Below, piece after piece: positions 1-9,852 of a stretch of DNA of 64,000 bases (positions are counted from its first letter, which is position 1; each line of letters opens with the position of its first letter). The notes below the pieces were generated by a model, which was not told the DNA's origin, did not search any database, and saw nothing but the letters and a program-made list of their open reading frames with translations. A program made the position numbers and the translations under genes. The DNA is from Escherichia phage vB_Ec-M-J, in the sequence record OQ718158.1; one strand, given 5' to 3'.

Positions 1-1
1 A

Positions 2-280
2 GTGTTTGAGATTTCTGCTACGGCCTCTAAAACTGGTACTAAAGGTATCATCTATAATATCTTTATGGATATGGTTTCTCATGGTATTAAAGTACTAAGT
101 GACAGTCTTCACACAGATGATGCAATTAAATTCTGGACCCGATTGATTGGTTCACACCAAGTCTACATTGTGGGTGGTGGTGAAGTATTGGCTAAGGCTA
201 GTCCAGAGAAGGTTCACAAGTACTGGAGTGATGATGAATTTAGTCCTAGTGCTGAATTACAATTACTTCTGGTAAAATAA
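2..280 (+). CDS. 3' end of a gene entering from upstream (92 codons); product unknown
   Basis: Open frame from window edge to TAA at 278-280, followed by terminator. Confidence 0.5.
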   Translation: MFEISATASKTGTKGIIYNIFMDMVSHGIKVLSDSLHTDDAIKFWTRLIGSHQVYIVGGGEVLAKASPEKVHKYWSDDEFSPSAELQLLLVK

Positions 281-286
281 TAATTG

Positions 287-316
287 TCGGGGCATTTAAT
301 GTCCCGATATTTTTTT
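287..316 (+). terminator. Rho-independent terminator
   Basis: 7-bp GC-rich stem (tcggggc/gtcccga) followed by T7 run. Confidence 0.7.
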
Positions 317-379
317 GAGACAAACAAAGCATTGATGATACAATGTTGCATGACAAAGAGACATTAAAAAGGAATTCAA

Positions 380-2344
380 ATGGCTAAGAAAGAAAGTGCT
401 GTTCTTCAGGAACATGATGTACAACGTCTAAACGATTATCAACATGCTCGCTTACGTACTGAGATGTATCTGGGTTCACGTTCTGTTCACGAAAGTCAAG
501 TACTGATCTTTGGTGAGTCTGGATATGAAGTTAAAAACGTTGAGTGGGTTCCTGCAATTCTAACTGCTACTCGTGAAATTATCGATAACAGCTTAGATGA
601 ATTTAAAAAAGCTGGAACAAAAGAGCCAGTACTCAAAGTTGATTTCAATGAAGAAGAGTTATCCTTTGAGATCAGTGATAATGGTCGTGGTATTCCAATT
701 GACTATGTTCCTGAGTATCAGAAAAATCTATGTACAATGGTAATGACTGAAACTAAAACTGGTCGCAACTTTGATGACTCGAAGCGTGATGAAACAATCG
801 GTCAGAATGGATTGGGTGGTTCAGTTGCAATGATTGTAAGTTCTAAAGCTGAACTTGAAATCCATCGCCAAGGTCGCCCGTATAAAACACAAAGTAGCAA
901 TGACGGATATGACGGTTTTTATAAGTTCAATCAGAAGTTCGAAGAAGGAACTATTATGTTTCCTGAACTTCATGTACATGAACCAACTATTCGTAAGGTT
1001 CAAGCAGATAAGACTGGAACAACAATTCGCTTCACTCTGAGTTCTGAGGTATTTCCGAACCGTAAACTACCAACCGAATTGCTATACAGTATTTTGAAAG
1101 AAATGTCTGCTGCTAACCCTACCTATAAGATTTTCCTTAACGGTAAGCGTATTGCAATTAAAGGAACTACTGAAAAAGCACTATTCAACGCATCTAAACT
1201 GATGCAATTGAACGTTAAAGATGAATCATTCAACTTTAACAGTACTTTCTACATTGTTCCTAATGCAGTATCGGGTATGAACACTAACTTCCATATGCAT
1301 GGTTTGGTTAACAATGCCCCAGCATTTGATGGTGGTACACATCTTGATACATTCAAGAAATTCTTCTCATTAGGAGTAGGAACTGCTCTAGAGAAAGAAT
1401 CAAAGAAACGCAAGATGAAACCTAACCGCTCTGATATTGAAGAAGGTCTGTTGATTTATAACGTAACAACGATGAAAGCACCATCATTCAACTCACAGAT
1501 TAAATCAAAACTAACTAACGAAAACGTTATTCGTCCAATTCAACAAGCGATGAATTCTGAATGGTTCGATGAATTAGTCAAGAAGAACAAAGAGTGGATT
1601 GATGAAATTTTTGAACGCTGTGCTGCTCGTACCAACAAGAAAGATGCAGAAGAAGATCGCCGTCTAGCTAAAAAACTACTGAAAGGTAAAGTTGCAAAAC
1701 TACTTGACAGTACTGGCACAGATCGTTCCACCTGCATCCTACTAATTGCTGAGGGTGATTCTGCTATTTCCAACATGGCAAGTGCTCGTGATCCTAAAGT
1801 TCATGGTATTCTACCATTGCGTGGTAAGATTATGAACGTCAGTGGTAATGAGAAAACCAAAGAATTAATGGATTCAATGGCATTGCATGATATAATGGCG
1901 AGTATCAACCTGATTCCTGGTGTAAAAGCGGAAAGAGCAGACCTTAACTATGGTAAGCTTTATATCTGTGCCGATGAAGATGAGGATGGAAAGAACATTG
2001 GTGCTTTAGTATGTAACTTCCTATACAAATTCTGGCCTGAACTATTCCAAGACCCAGAGAATCCATTTGTGTATATATTCAAAACACCATTCATCATTCT
2101 AGAGAAAGGCAAGGAATCCAAGTACTACTATGGTCATGATGTACATGAATACAACCCAGATGATTGGAAAGGTTGGAAAGCAACCCGTGCGAAAGGATTG
2201 GGTACGTTAGAAAAAGCAAACTTCCGTGATGCATTCACTAACAGTGTTGCAGTAGCGATTACTGATGATGGACGTCTTGGTGAAACACTTGATTTGATTT
2301 TCAACAAGAAACGTGCAGATGATCGTAAGAACTGGATGGAATAA
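380..2344 (+). CDS. 39: DNA topoisomerase II large subunit (GyrB/ParE-like ATPase + Toprim), T4 gp39(+gp60)-like, 654 aa
   Basis: GHKL motifs EIIDNSLDE and SDNGRGIP; Toprim LLIAEGDSA...ILPLRGKIMNV and CADEDEDG; SD aaaagga before ATG. Confidence 0.9.
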   Translation: MAKKESAVLQEHDVQRLNDYQHARLRTEMYLGSRSVHESQVLIFGESGYEVKNVEWVPAILTATREIIDNSLDEFKKAGTKEPVLKVDFNEEELSFEISDNGRGIPIDYVPEYQKNLCTMVMTETKTGRNFDDSKRDETIGQNGLGGSVAMIVSSKAELEIHRQGRPYKTQSSNDGYDGFYKFNQKFEEGTIMFPELHVHEPTIRKVQADKTGTTIRFTLSSEVFPNRKLPTELLYSILKEMSAANPTYKIFLNGKRIAIKGTTEKALFNASKLMQLNVKDESFNFNSTFYIVPNAVSGMNTNFHMHGLVNNAPAFDGGTHLDTFKKFFSLGVGTALEKESKKRKMKPNRSDIEEGLLIYNVTTMKAPSFNSQIKSKLTNENVIRPIQQAMNSEWFDELVKKNKEWIDEIFERCAARTNKKDAEEDRRLAKKLLKGKVAKLLDSTGTDRSTCILLIAEGDSAISNMASARDPKVHGILPLRGKIMNVSGNEKTKELMDSMALHDIMASINLIPGVKAERADLNYGKLYICADEDEDGKNIGALVCNFLYKFWPELFQDPENPFVYIFKTPFIILEKGKESKYYYGHDVHEYNPDDWKGWKATRAKGLGTLEKANFRDAFTNSVAVAITDDGRLGETLDLIFNKKRADDRKNWME

Positions 2345-2355
2345 TATAGATTAAT

Positions 2356-2378
2356 GGGGAACATGGTGTTCCCCTTTT
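2356..2378 (+). terminator. Rho-independent terminator
   Basis: ggggaacatggtgttcccc hairpin followed by tttt. Confidence 0.7.
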
Positions 2379-2394
2379 ACAAAGAGACAATGGA

Positions 2395-3807
2395 ATGGCT
2401 AAAAGTAAAAAAACCGAAAATCAAAGCATCGATAACCAAACACTAACTCTACTAGATTATAACAGTTCTGATTATGTGAATACCACATCACTAGAATATT
2501 CAATGTACACACTAGACCGTGCAATCCCTGGGATTGATGGCCTTAAGAGTTCACAGCGTAAAGCAATCTTCACCCTCTCAAAAGTTAGTGGTGAAATCAA
2601 AACTGTATCATGTGCTGGTAAAATGATTAGTGATGGTATCTATCTACACGGTGATACATCTGCATCTGGTACTCTTCAGAACCTAGCATCACCAGTCGTA
2701 AACAACTACCCACTCATTGGTAAACGTGGTGGTTTTGGTACACAAGTAAACAGTACTCCAGCTTCTGCTCGTTATACTTATGTTAAAAAGAATAAAAGTA
2801 CTGAAATGTTAGTACTACGTGACTCTGACATTATTCCAATGAAAGAGAACTATGATGGTACTACAATGGAACCAAGTTTCTTTTTACCTATTATCCCACT
2901 ATCTTTGTTTGGTAACGATAGTATGTCAGTAGGTTATAAGAGTACAATTCTACCACATAAGATTGAAGATGTTATTGATAACTGTATTCGTGCTATTGAT
3001 AAAAAACCATTAAAAGAAATGACTCCATACTATGTTTCATGTGGTGCAAGTGATATAGTAACTAAGCTTGATGAAAACAAATATGAGTTCTATGGTAAAG
3101 CACAAGTAATTGATGCAAGTACTGTTAAAGTAACAGGTCTACCACCTAACTACAGTATTGAGAAATTCATCGAGAAACTCATTAAGATGAGCGATGATGG
3201 TGATATTCGTGATTATGATAATGATAGTACTGATGTTATTGATATTACAATCAAATTACCACGCGGAACATCTGCTAAATGGGTGGAGAAAGATGTAATT
3301 GAATACTTTGGCATTCATAAGAAGATGACACAAATCCTAACTGTTCTAGGTGAGAATGGTAAGGTTAAAGTCTATGATAACACAATGGATTTGATTAAGG
3401 ACTTTGTTGAATTCCGTTTCAAATACTATGTGAAACGCTATGAGAAGAAACTTGATGATTGTGCTGCTGAAGTACGTTATAAGATTCTAATCAAAGAATG
3501 TTTTGATAATGATATGATTGCTAAGGTTAAGGGTTTTGCTAACCGTTCAGAAATGGTTGAGTTTGTTAAATCATTAAACACTGAAATCGAAGCAACCGAT
3601 GAGAATATTCAAAGCATCGTAAACTTCCCATCATATCGTTGGACCCAAGACAATTATCAATCAGTACTAGCTGATATTCAACATAACTTGGATTTAATGG
3701 ATGAATATAACAATCTCCTGTCGAATCATGATTTGATTTGGAACATCTATAAAGATGAGTTGAAAGAACTACGTAAGATTGACTTCACGCCAAAAACTGA
3801 AGATTGA
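2395..3807 (+). CDS. 52: DNA topoisomerase II medium subunit (GyrA-like breakage-reunion), T4 gp52-like, 470 aa
   Basis: N-terminal YSMYTLDRAIPGIDGLKSSQRKAIF resembles the GyrA N-terminal signature; directly downstream of the ATPase/Toprim subunit. Confidence 0.85.
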   Translation: MAKSKKTENQSIDNQTLTLLDYNSSDYVNTTSLEYSMYTLDRAIPGIDGLKSSQRKAIFTLSKVSGEIKTVSCAGKMISDGIYLHGDTSASGTLQNLASPVVNNYPLIGKRGGFGTQVNSTPASARYTYVKKNKSTEMLVLRDSDIIPMKENYDGTTMEPSFFLPIIPLSLFGNDSMSVGYKSTILPHKIEDVIDNCIRAIDKKPLKEMTPYYVSCGASDIVTKLDENKYEFYGKAQVIDASTVKVTGLPPNYSIEKFIEKLIKMSDDGDIRDYDNDSTDVIDITIKLPRGTSAKWVEKDVIEYFGIHKKMTQILTVLGENGKVKVYDNTMDLIKDFVEFRFKYYVKRYEKKLDDCAAEVRYKILIKECFDNDMIAKVKGFANRSEMVEFVKSLNTEIEATDENIQSIVNFPSYRWTQDNYQSVLADIQHNLDLMDEYNNLLSNHDLIWNIYKDELKELRKIDFTPKTED

Positions 3808-3817
3808 TTATAAACAG

Positions 3818-3848
3818 GGAAGACCTTTATGGGTCTTCCTTGTCCTTT
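3818..3848 (+). terminator. probable terminator hairpin
   Basis: ggaagacc / ggtcttcc stem, U-rich tail interrupted. Confidence 0.45.
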
Positions 3849-3849
3849 A

Positions 3850-3857
3850 TATAAATA
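3850..3857 (+). promoter_or_regulatory. T4-type late-promoter-like box TATAAATA
   Basis: Exact TATAAATA about 40 nt upstream of the 798-aa ORF start; no -35 element. Confidence 0.4.
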
Positions 3858-3895
3858 ATCTATAGATAATGGTAGCTTGGCTATGGAGAATTATA

Positions 3896-6292
3896 ATGAC
3901 AACTTTTACCCCTAGATGGGATATAAAAGCCGATGCTCGATATATACAAGAAGGACAAGACATTCTTGTGCGTTTGAGTATCAACAAAGAAACCACAACG
4001 GATGATAGTTATATACTTAATGAAAACGAATACTTAGAGATGATTCTAACTATTCAGGGTTTGGACAGTTCTGATGCAGTATTTCAACCAGAAGATCACT
4101 ACGCAGTGTATGTTGGTAATGATGAATCTAATCTCACACCTATATCATCAGGTATTACTGGTAACAAGTTGATTAATGGTAAGCACAAATGTAAAATTGA
4201 TAAAACTCAATTTGATCTATCGGCAAGCACTAATACCGAAGATGTTTATTTTATTAAATTGCATTGTAAAGATGATGGTACATTTAACAACTCTGAACAG
4301 ATTAACTTCTATCTTCAAGCAGTAAATGTTATGTACTATGGTAACATTTCCCCTAGTGGTGAAATTGGTTCAAATGAAGTAACAATTGAATATGATAGTC
4401 AGGAAGTGTGGGTTACTCCTGGAATCGAAATCGGTGATGATGACAAATTATATTGTATTGGTGATATTGAATACGGTTCCAACAGTACTTTATTTGTACA
4501 GGGATTTGGTCGTCGTCGTCCATTTATTTTAGGAACTGATACATCAACTGACCTATCTCCTAGAGTATTTTATCCAGCGTATCGTCTACTCGATATGACC
4601 CCAGCAGAAGTTCCTGTACGCCACATCACTGATGATTATGCAATCCTACGTCCTATTGATAATATATGGCCTGTATTTGGTATTAATAAAGAAATTAAGG
4701 TTAATATTCAAACTAGCTCTGGAGAGTTACTAGATTCAGGATTGGTTTTCAACCCAAATGGACAATTTCTGCAAACATTCCTATATGACTCTGATGCATG
4801 TGATGCATATTTCAAAGTTGAAATTGTTGATATTTTGAGTACATATAGTTATGACACTGACCGCTTCGCTATAAACCAACGTTTCAAAGCATATCAAATG
4901 TGGGTATGTCCAGACAATGTAGATGGTATATACGCTGATGGTGATAAACCTTTACCTAATCATTTGTATCAGTTGAAAGATAACGTTGTATATCCATATG
5001 TAATCTCTGGTGAATATGATCTAGGTGAAACAAAGCCAGTGTTTAAAAGTTCAGATTGGATTGATTTAGGATATTATGATTCAAGCTTAGGTGAGAATAT
5101 TATAGGTGAAGAGAAGATGTTCCGTGTTCTAGTGAACGCAGAAGAAGGAAACTCAATAGACTTCACAACTGATAGTGATTTAGGTAGTATTCATGTGGGT
5201 GAATATTTCGGTCACAGTACTTATCCACAAATACAAACTACCAGTACTAATCAGGTATCTTATGTATTAGATGGTGGACCTGATGATATTCGCAAATATG
5301 GTTTGGACCTCACCGCAGATGGGTTCTTGGTCGGGACGGCATATGCAAAAAGTTTAGATTTCAGTGCAAATGATGATATAAATTTAGAATTCAACATCAA
5401 AGCATATGACACTGAAGGTGGTGTTGCGTCCAAGTTATTTAAACTTAAAATTGTACGTGGTTTTGGACAAAACTACTTAAGTGCACATATTGTACCTTCT
5501 GTTTATTTTGAACGTGAATGGTTTAAGTGTATTAGTACACCATCATTTACAAATCAAGCTTTCCATCGCCAATCAGATGATAGATACGGGTTACAAAAAG
5601 TACCACGTATTTTATTAAAAGAAAACTTTTTGAGTCAGAACTATACTTACACTACGTTGAGTGATATTAAAAAAGTACTTAGGGAAAATATCATAAACCA
5701 AACTGGTGCAACTATACCTGATGGAAAATTTAGAATGGTAATGGGCAACTATAAAGTAATGTCAGCACTTGACAACCAAGGTAACTTGCAGTATGATATA
5801 TTATACCGTGAAGTTTTACCAGCAGGTTCATTGGTGTCAGTTTCTAAGAATCCAAGAAGTTACACGCAAATTGATAACGGAACACTCGGTGAAATATTTG
5901 GCTTGCGTCAAAATATTTTTGCAGCAATTGGCGAAGACACAACTAACCTTGTGAAAGACCCAACTGATTTACAGAACCGTGGTTTGTATGTAGATGCTAT
6001 ACCTGGAATTTCTGATGAGATGCTAGATACTGTTCCTCGCTTCATGAATCACCCATACGAAGAAGATGGAGTTAAAAAGAAATTCATGCCAATCATTCCA
6101 GTTGCATACTGTGCACCAGGAAAGGGTGAAGCATTCTTTAACACTTTACTTCAGAACAATGAACATGGTAAGATGGTTGGTGTTGAGTTTGAAATCACAG
6201 GAGTTGAATTTGGATTCTTTGCACATGAATTCGAAAACTACGTTCATGATACATTTTTGATTTCATTACAAAACAGCAATTTAGGAGGATGA
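3896..6292 (+). CDS. large hypothetical protein (798 aa), possibly a late/virion protein
   Basis: Long ORF; start moved to ATG 3896 (GGAG 8 nt upstream); late-type box upstream; no catalytic motif recognised. Confidence 0.8.
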   Translation: MTTFTPRWDIKADARYIQEGQDILVRLSINKETTTDDSYILNENEYLEMILTIQGLDSSDAVFQPEDHYAVYVGNDESNLTPISSGITGNKLINGKHKCKIDKTQFDLSASTNTEDVYFIKLHCKDDGTFNNSEQINFYLQAVNVMYYGNISPSGEIGSNEVTIEYDSQEVWVTPGIEIGDDDKLYCIGDIEYGSNSTLFVQGFGRRRPFILGTDTSTDLSPRVFYPAYRLLDMTPAEVPVRHITDDYAILRPIDNIWPVFGINKEIKVNIQTSSGELLDSGLVFNPNGQFLQTFLYDSDACDAYFKVEIVDILSTYSYDTDRFAINQRFKAYQMWVCPDNVDGIYADGDKPLPNHLYQLKDNVVYPYVISGEYDLGETKPVFKSSDWIDLGYYDSSLGENIIGEEKMFRVLVNAEEGNSIDFTTDSDLGSIHVGEYFGHSTYPQIQTTSTNQVSYVLDGGPDDIRKYGLDLTADGFLVGTAYAKSLDFSANDDINLEFNIKAYDTEGGVASKLFKLKIVRGFGQNYLSAHIVPSVYFEREWFKCISTPSFTNQAFHRQSDDRYGLQKVPRILLKENFLSQNYTYTTLSDIKKVLRENIINQTGATIPDGKFRMVMGNYKVMSALDNQGNLQYDILYREVLPAGSLVSVSKNPRSYTQIDNGTLGEIFGLRQNIFAAIGEDTTNLVKDPTDLQNRGLYVDAIPGISDEMLDTVPRFMNHPYEEDGVKKKFMPIIPVAYCAPGKGEAFFNTLLQNNEHGKMVGVEFEITGVEFGFFAHEFENYVHDTFLISLQNSNLGG

Positions 6293-6293
6293 T

Positions 6294-6605
6294 ATGTTCA
6301 ATCCATTTTTTGATCCATCAACCATGACCGAGAAAGAGTTACAATTGAAAATTAACGAACAATCGATGCGTATTACGTCTGCTCGTGCAGCAGGTATGAG
6401 TGATATGATTGTTGGTAACATGCAAACCGTTCTGAATCAGTGCTATGCTGAATTAGAGATTCGTCAGGGACAAAAAGAAAAAACCTCCTATGATGAGCAA
6501 GACCCATGTATATTTGACATGAACTCTTACTTAACGGATAACGAAGAGGATCAGAAGAAGAAAAATGAAAGTACAAGGAAACAGATTTATAAGTCCCAAT
6601 GGTGA
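6294..6605 (+). CDS. hypothetical protein (103 aa)
   Basis: ATG preceded by aggagga; starts 2 nt after upstream stop. Confidence 0.6.
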   Translation: MFNPFFDPSTMTEKELQLKINEQSMRITSARAAGMSDMIVGNMQTVLNQCYAELEIRQGQKEKTSYDEQDPCIFDMNSYLTDNEEDQKKKNESTRKQIYKSQW

Positions 6606-7083
6606 TGTAAAATGTAACCTTAATGCAGTCGTGTATGCAATCAACTGTGGTGCAGATATTCAGTACTTACAGCTACAGGAGATTGACGAACCGGAACGAT
6701 TGAAATTTAACGATAATTGTAAAAAATTTGGTTTAGAACAGCGTATGCTGGATTATACAATAGAACATGATAAAAACCATGAGCTATGGCGTTATGATCC
6801 AGTGTACGATAACATCAACTTGCGTGAGTACTTTTTACAGAAATGTACATCGGATGAAGCCCGTGAACGTGTAATGTATGAGATTGATTTGTTTGAACAT
6901 TACAACATGACTAAGCTTTTAAGATGTATGATCTGGTTAGTTGATTATATGGAAGAGCACAATATTTTTTGGGGTCTTGGGCGTGGTAGTTCAGTGGCTT
7001 CGTATTGTTTGTTCCTGATTGATTTGCATATGGTTGATTCTTTGAAGTATAAACTAGATGTAAATGAATTTTTGAAATGGTAG
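6565..7083 (+). CDS. hypothetical protein (172 aa) with a C-terminal GRGSSVAS...IDL...EFL segment reminiscent of a Pol III alpha (DnaE) motif
   Basis: ORF overlaps upstream gene by 41 nt; motif resemblance is by eye only. Confidence 0.5.
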   Translation: MKVQGNRFISPNGDVKCNLNAVVYAINCGADIQYLQLQEIDEPERLKFNDNCKKFGLEQRMLDYTIEHDKNHELWRYDPVYDNINLREYFLQKCTSDEARERVMYEIDLFEHYNMTKLLRCMIWLVDYMEEHNIFWGLGRGSSVASYCLFLIDLHMVDSLKYKLDVNEFLKW

Positions 7084-7146
7084 AAAAACATGTGATATAA
7101 TGTTGTTTGAGGCGTTATATCACTCACATAGAAAAAGGATTTTTAT

Positions 7147-7491
7147 ATGTCAAAACACACAACTTATCGTGGAACCACCATTGATATGGATATGCTAAAG
7201 TATCAAAACCAGCACCAAGTAGCACTAGGTAATGCAAACCTAAATGCTCGTGGTGATAAGATTGGTTCAGGTGGTACGGTTATTAAAACCCGTGAAGAAC
7301 TAATCCAAGAAAAAGAACGTGAAATGCAAATTCCTGATTTCATTCCTGAACACCAACTTCACAGTGCTGAATATAGTACTGAAGAAGTATGGGATGATGA
7401 AAGCTTTGAAGTTCAACCACAAGAACCAGAAGTTGAAGTATCTGAAGAGAAGAAAGCTCCACGCCGAGCAAAAACTAAAGATCAGGAGTAA
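7147..7491 (+). CDS. hypothetical acidic protein (114 aa)
   Basis: ATG with aaaaagga SD; no motif recognised. Confidence 0.7.
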   Translation: MSKHTTYRGTTIDMDMLKYQNQHQVALGNANLNARGDKIGSGGTVIKTREELIQEKEREMQIPDFIPEHQLHSAEYSTEEVWDDESFEVQPQEPEVEVSEEKKAPRRAKTKDQE

Positions 7492-7494
7492 TTC

Positions 7495-7821
7495 ATGACC
7501 AATAAAGTAATGACAGCTTGTAAAGGTAAAGTTATTGTAACTGAACTAGAACATGGTGAGCGTAAAACCGCAGGTGGTATTGTACTTACAAGTGATGATG
7601 GTAAGATTCGTGGTATTCGTTGTCGTTGGGCTAAAGTATATTCTGTTGGTGAAGACATTACCGATATCAAAGAAGGACAATGGATTCTAATTGACCACGG
7701 TCGTTGGTCGAGAACTATTGAGATTGATGGTATTAAAATGAATCTCGTGGATTATCCAGCAGCAGTAAGTTTGGTATCTGACACTGATCCACGCATCTCT
7801 GCTCAAACATTTGGTCGTTAA
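7495..7821 (+). CDS. 31: GroES-like co-chaperonin (T4 gp31-like), 108 aa
   Basis: KVIVTELEHGERKTAGGIVLT matches GroES mobile-loop region; size and position consistent with gp31; SD caggag. Confidence 0.8.
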   Translation: MTNKVMTACKGKVIVTELEHGERKTAGGIVLTSDDGKIRGIRCRWAKVYSVGEDITDIKEGQWILIDHGRWSRTIEIDGIKMNLVDYPAAVSLVSDTDPRISAQTFGR

Positions 7822-7877
7822 AACATAAATCTAAAGCTCGGATATATTATCTGGGCTTTTTATTTGGATGAAAATAC

Positions 7878-8147
7878 ATGATAACTGATGATGGAAAATA
7901 TAGTTTTTCTGACGTTACGTTAGTTTCTAAAAATGGACGATTTATGTTTGAAGATAGAACTAACACGAAGTACGTATATGAAGTTTCTCATGATATGTTT
8001 AAGTACTTACTTATCGTATCAGCCCAGGCCGAAGCAATGGGTGTGAAGAACAAAGCAAACTCATTTAATTTTTTGTTTAATCAACTTGAAATGACAGAAG
8101 ACTTATTCACTGCATTGTTGTATGATTATGCAGATTGGATTTCATAA
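7878..8147 (+). CDS. hypothetical protein (89 aa)
   Basis: ORF in tight array; no motif. Confidence 0.6.
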   Translation: MITDDGKYSFSDVTLVSKNGRFMFEDRTNTKYVYEVSHDMFKYLLIVSAQAEAMGVKNKANSFNFLFNQLEMTEDLFTALLYDYADWIS

Positions 8148-8173
8148 ACACCTAATATACAAGGAAATAAAAC

Positions 8174-9127
8174 ATGACTACATTATGGACTGAAAAATAC
8201 CGCCCACAAACTATGGAAGATTATGTATCGAAGAACGAAGCCCTACGTCAGAAGATGGAAGAATGGATTCGTACTGGTGATATCCCACATATTGGATTTT
8301 TTGGACCAGCAGGGACAGGTAAAACTTCAGCAATCAAAGTACTACTGAATGGTCTGGAAGCTAACGGACACCTTGACCCTAGTGATGTAACAACACTGAA
8401 TATGTCAGATGAAGGTATCGATGCTGTTCGTGACAAAATTGATGCAGCAGCAAAACTATCATGTTTTGGTCGTTATCGTGTATTTGTTCTGGAAGAAATG
8501 GAACAAATGAACCACAAAGCACAGGGTAGCTTGAAACGTGTCATGGAAGATTACCATGAAAATGCTCGTTTCATTCTTACCAGTAATGAACCACATAAGA
8601 TTCAGAAACCTATTATCTCTCGTGTCCAGGTCATCACCATTGAGAAGCATGATATGGAACAATTCATGTCACGCATCTACAACGTACTATTGGCAGAAGG
8701 AGTAGATCTAAGCACTGATGAAAGTATTGAACAAGTACAAAAATACATCAATGCTTCATATCCTGATTTCCGCAAAACGCTAAACGTATTGCAAAGTTCA
8801 GTAGTCGATGGTAAACTTGTAAAACTTGAAGACAGTATTGAGAACTCTGCTGGGTATCGTACTGCCATTGTTGATGCACTAAAAGCTGGTAACATTCGTC
8901 AAATGCGTGAGCAGATCGTGCAAAACATTCCTGATGATGAGATGGATGCATTCTTCTCTTATCTGTATCGTAATGCAGAAATGTTCAGTACTGATGAAAT
9001 TACTCTAATGAAAATTAAGGTTAAGATTCGTGACGCTGTTGTTAAACAAGCTACCGTGTCTGACCGTGAAATGAATCTCAGTGCATTACTGTGTGAGATT
9101 GACCTAATCTGTTCGGGGAACATGTAA
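8174..9127 (+). CDS. 44: sliding-clamp loader large subunit (AAA+ RFC-like), T4 gp44 homologue, 317 aa
   Basis: EKYRPQTMEDYV N-terminus, Walker A GPAGTGKTS, Walker B FVLEEME, SRVQVITI and YPDFRKTLNVLQ match gp44 signature blocks. Confidence 0.9.
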   Translation: MTTLWTEKYRPQTMEDYVSKNEALRQKMEEWIRTGDIPHIGFFGPAGTGKTSAIKVLLNGLEANGHLDPSDVTTLNMSDEGIDAVRDKIDAAAKLSCFGRYRVFVLEEMEQMNHKAQGSLKRVMEDYHENARFILTSNEPHKIQKPIISRVQVITIEKHDMEQFMSRIYNVLLAEGVDLSTDESIEQVQKYINASYPDFRKTLNVLQSSVVDGKLVKLEDSIENSAGYRTAIVDALKAGNIRQMREQIVQNIPDDEMDAFFSYLYRNAEMFSTDEITLMKIKVKIRDAVVKQATVSDREMNLSALLCEIDLICSGNM

Positions 9128-9753
9128 TGAAAGACCGTTGTATTGTATTCGACTGTGATGAAGTACTACTAGATCACATTGGTTCATTAGGAGAATACGC
9201 AAAACTCCAATATGATATCAACCCAACAACACCATACCCACTCGCATACGATTTATCCGAATGGTTTGGTGTTTCACGAGAAAAAGTTCAAGAGATCATT
9301 ACTGAATTCAATCAACGTTCGTATATGTTTGGATTACTAAAACCTGTAGAAACTAACACTGTAAGTATTATGCATGAACTGCGTGATCGTTTTTACAAGG
9401 AAAAATTCATAGTACTGACTAAGTGTGGTAAGAAAGGTTATAGCGAGGTACTTCGCAATACTAATCTTATGCATGTATTTGGTGAGACATGTTTTGATGA
9501 AATCATCATTGTTGAAATGAATGAATCTAAGCATGAAGCACTAGTAGAATTAAAAGAACGATATGACGTAAAACTGATGATTGATGATTATATCAATAAT
9601 ATTGAAACATCAATGGAATTGGGTATCCCATCAGTTATGATGCGAGCGTCCCACAATCATATGTATAAAAATGGTTATGGGTATGACTATGTTAACAACT
9701 GGGATGAACTACGTTTAAAAATCTATTCAGTACTGTCGAAATATTACCAATAA
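9127..9753 (+). CDS. HAD-superfamily hydrolase, possible 5'(3')-nucleotidase/phosphatase (208 aa)
   Basis: Motif I VFDCDEVLLD (DxDxV), IVLTK, motif IV KLMIDDYINN; ATGA overlap with gp44 stop. Confidence 0.6.
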   Translation: MKDRCIVFDCDEVLLDHIGSLGEYAKLQYDINPTTPYPLAYDLSEWFGVSREKVQEIITEFNQRSYMFGLLKPVETNTVSIMHELRDRFYKEKFIVLTKCGKKGYSEVLRNTNLMHVFGETCFDEIIIVEMNESKHEALVELKERYDVKLMIDDYINNIETSMELGIPSVMMRASHNHMYKNGYGYDYVNNWDELRLKIYSVLSKYYQ

Positions 9754-9768
9754 TATAGTAAAAACAAT

Positions 9769-9791
9769 GGGGATTATTTAATCCCCTTTTA
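9769..9791 (+). terminator. Rho-independent terminator
   Basis: ggggat...atcccc hairpin followed by tttt. Confidence 0.7.
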
Positions 9792-9852
9792 TTGTTTTTT
9801 AAAAGTAGTAAATAGTATTATATGTGCTAGTTTTTTAAGGATAATATAAAAC

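Noticed and set aside
821-1003. Minus-strand ORF (60 aa) inside the topoisomerase large-subunit gene
   Set aside because: Fully embedded antisense to a confidently assigned gene; no SD; typical chance ORF in AT-rich DNA. The same applies to the other minus-strand ORFs in the track (for example 1540-1776, 13193-13594, 15855-16202, 22153-22536, 46400-46876).
5769-6260. Plus-strand alternative-frame ORFs (5769-5954, 6066-6260) within the 798-aa gene
   Set aside because: Out-of-frame overlaps inside a long ORF; no start signals.
9127-9753. Calling this ORF the clamp-loader small subunit (gp62) by synteny
   Set aside because: The sequence carries HAD hydrolase motifs and shows no resemblance I can see to gp62; synteny alone is insufficient.
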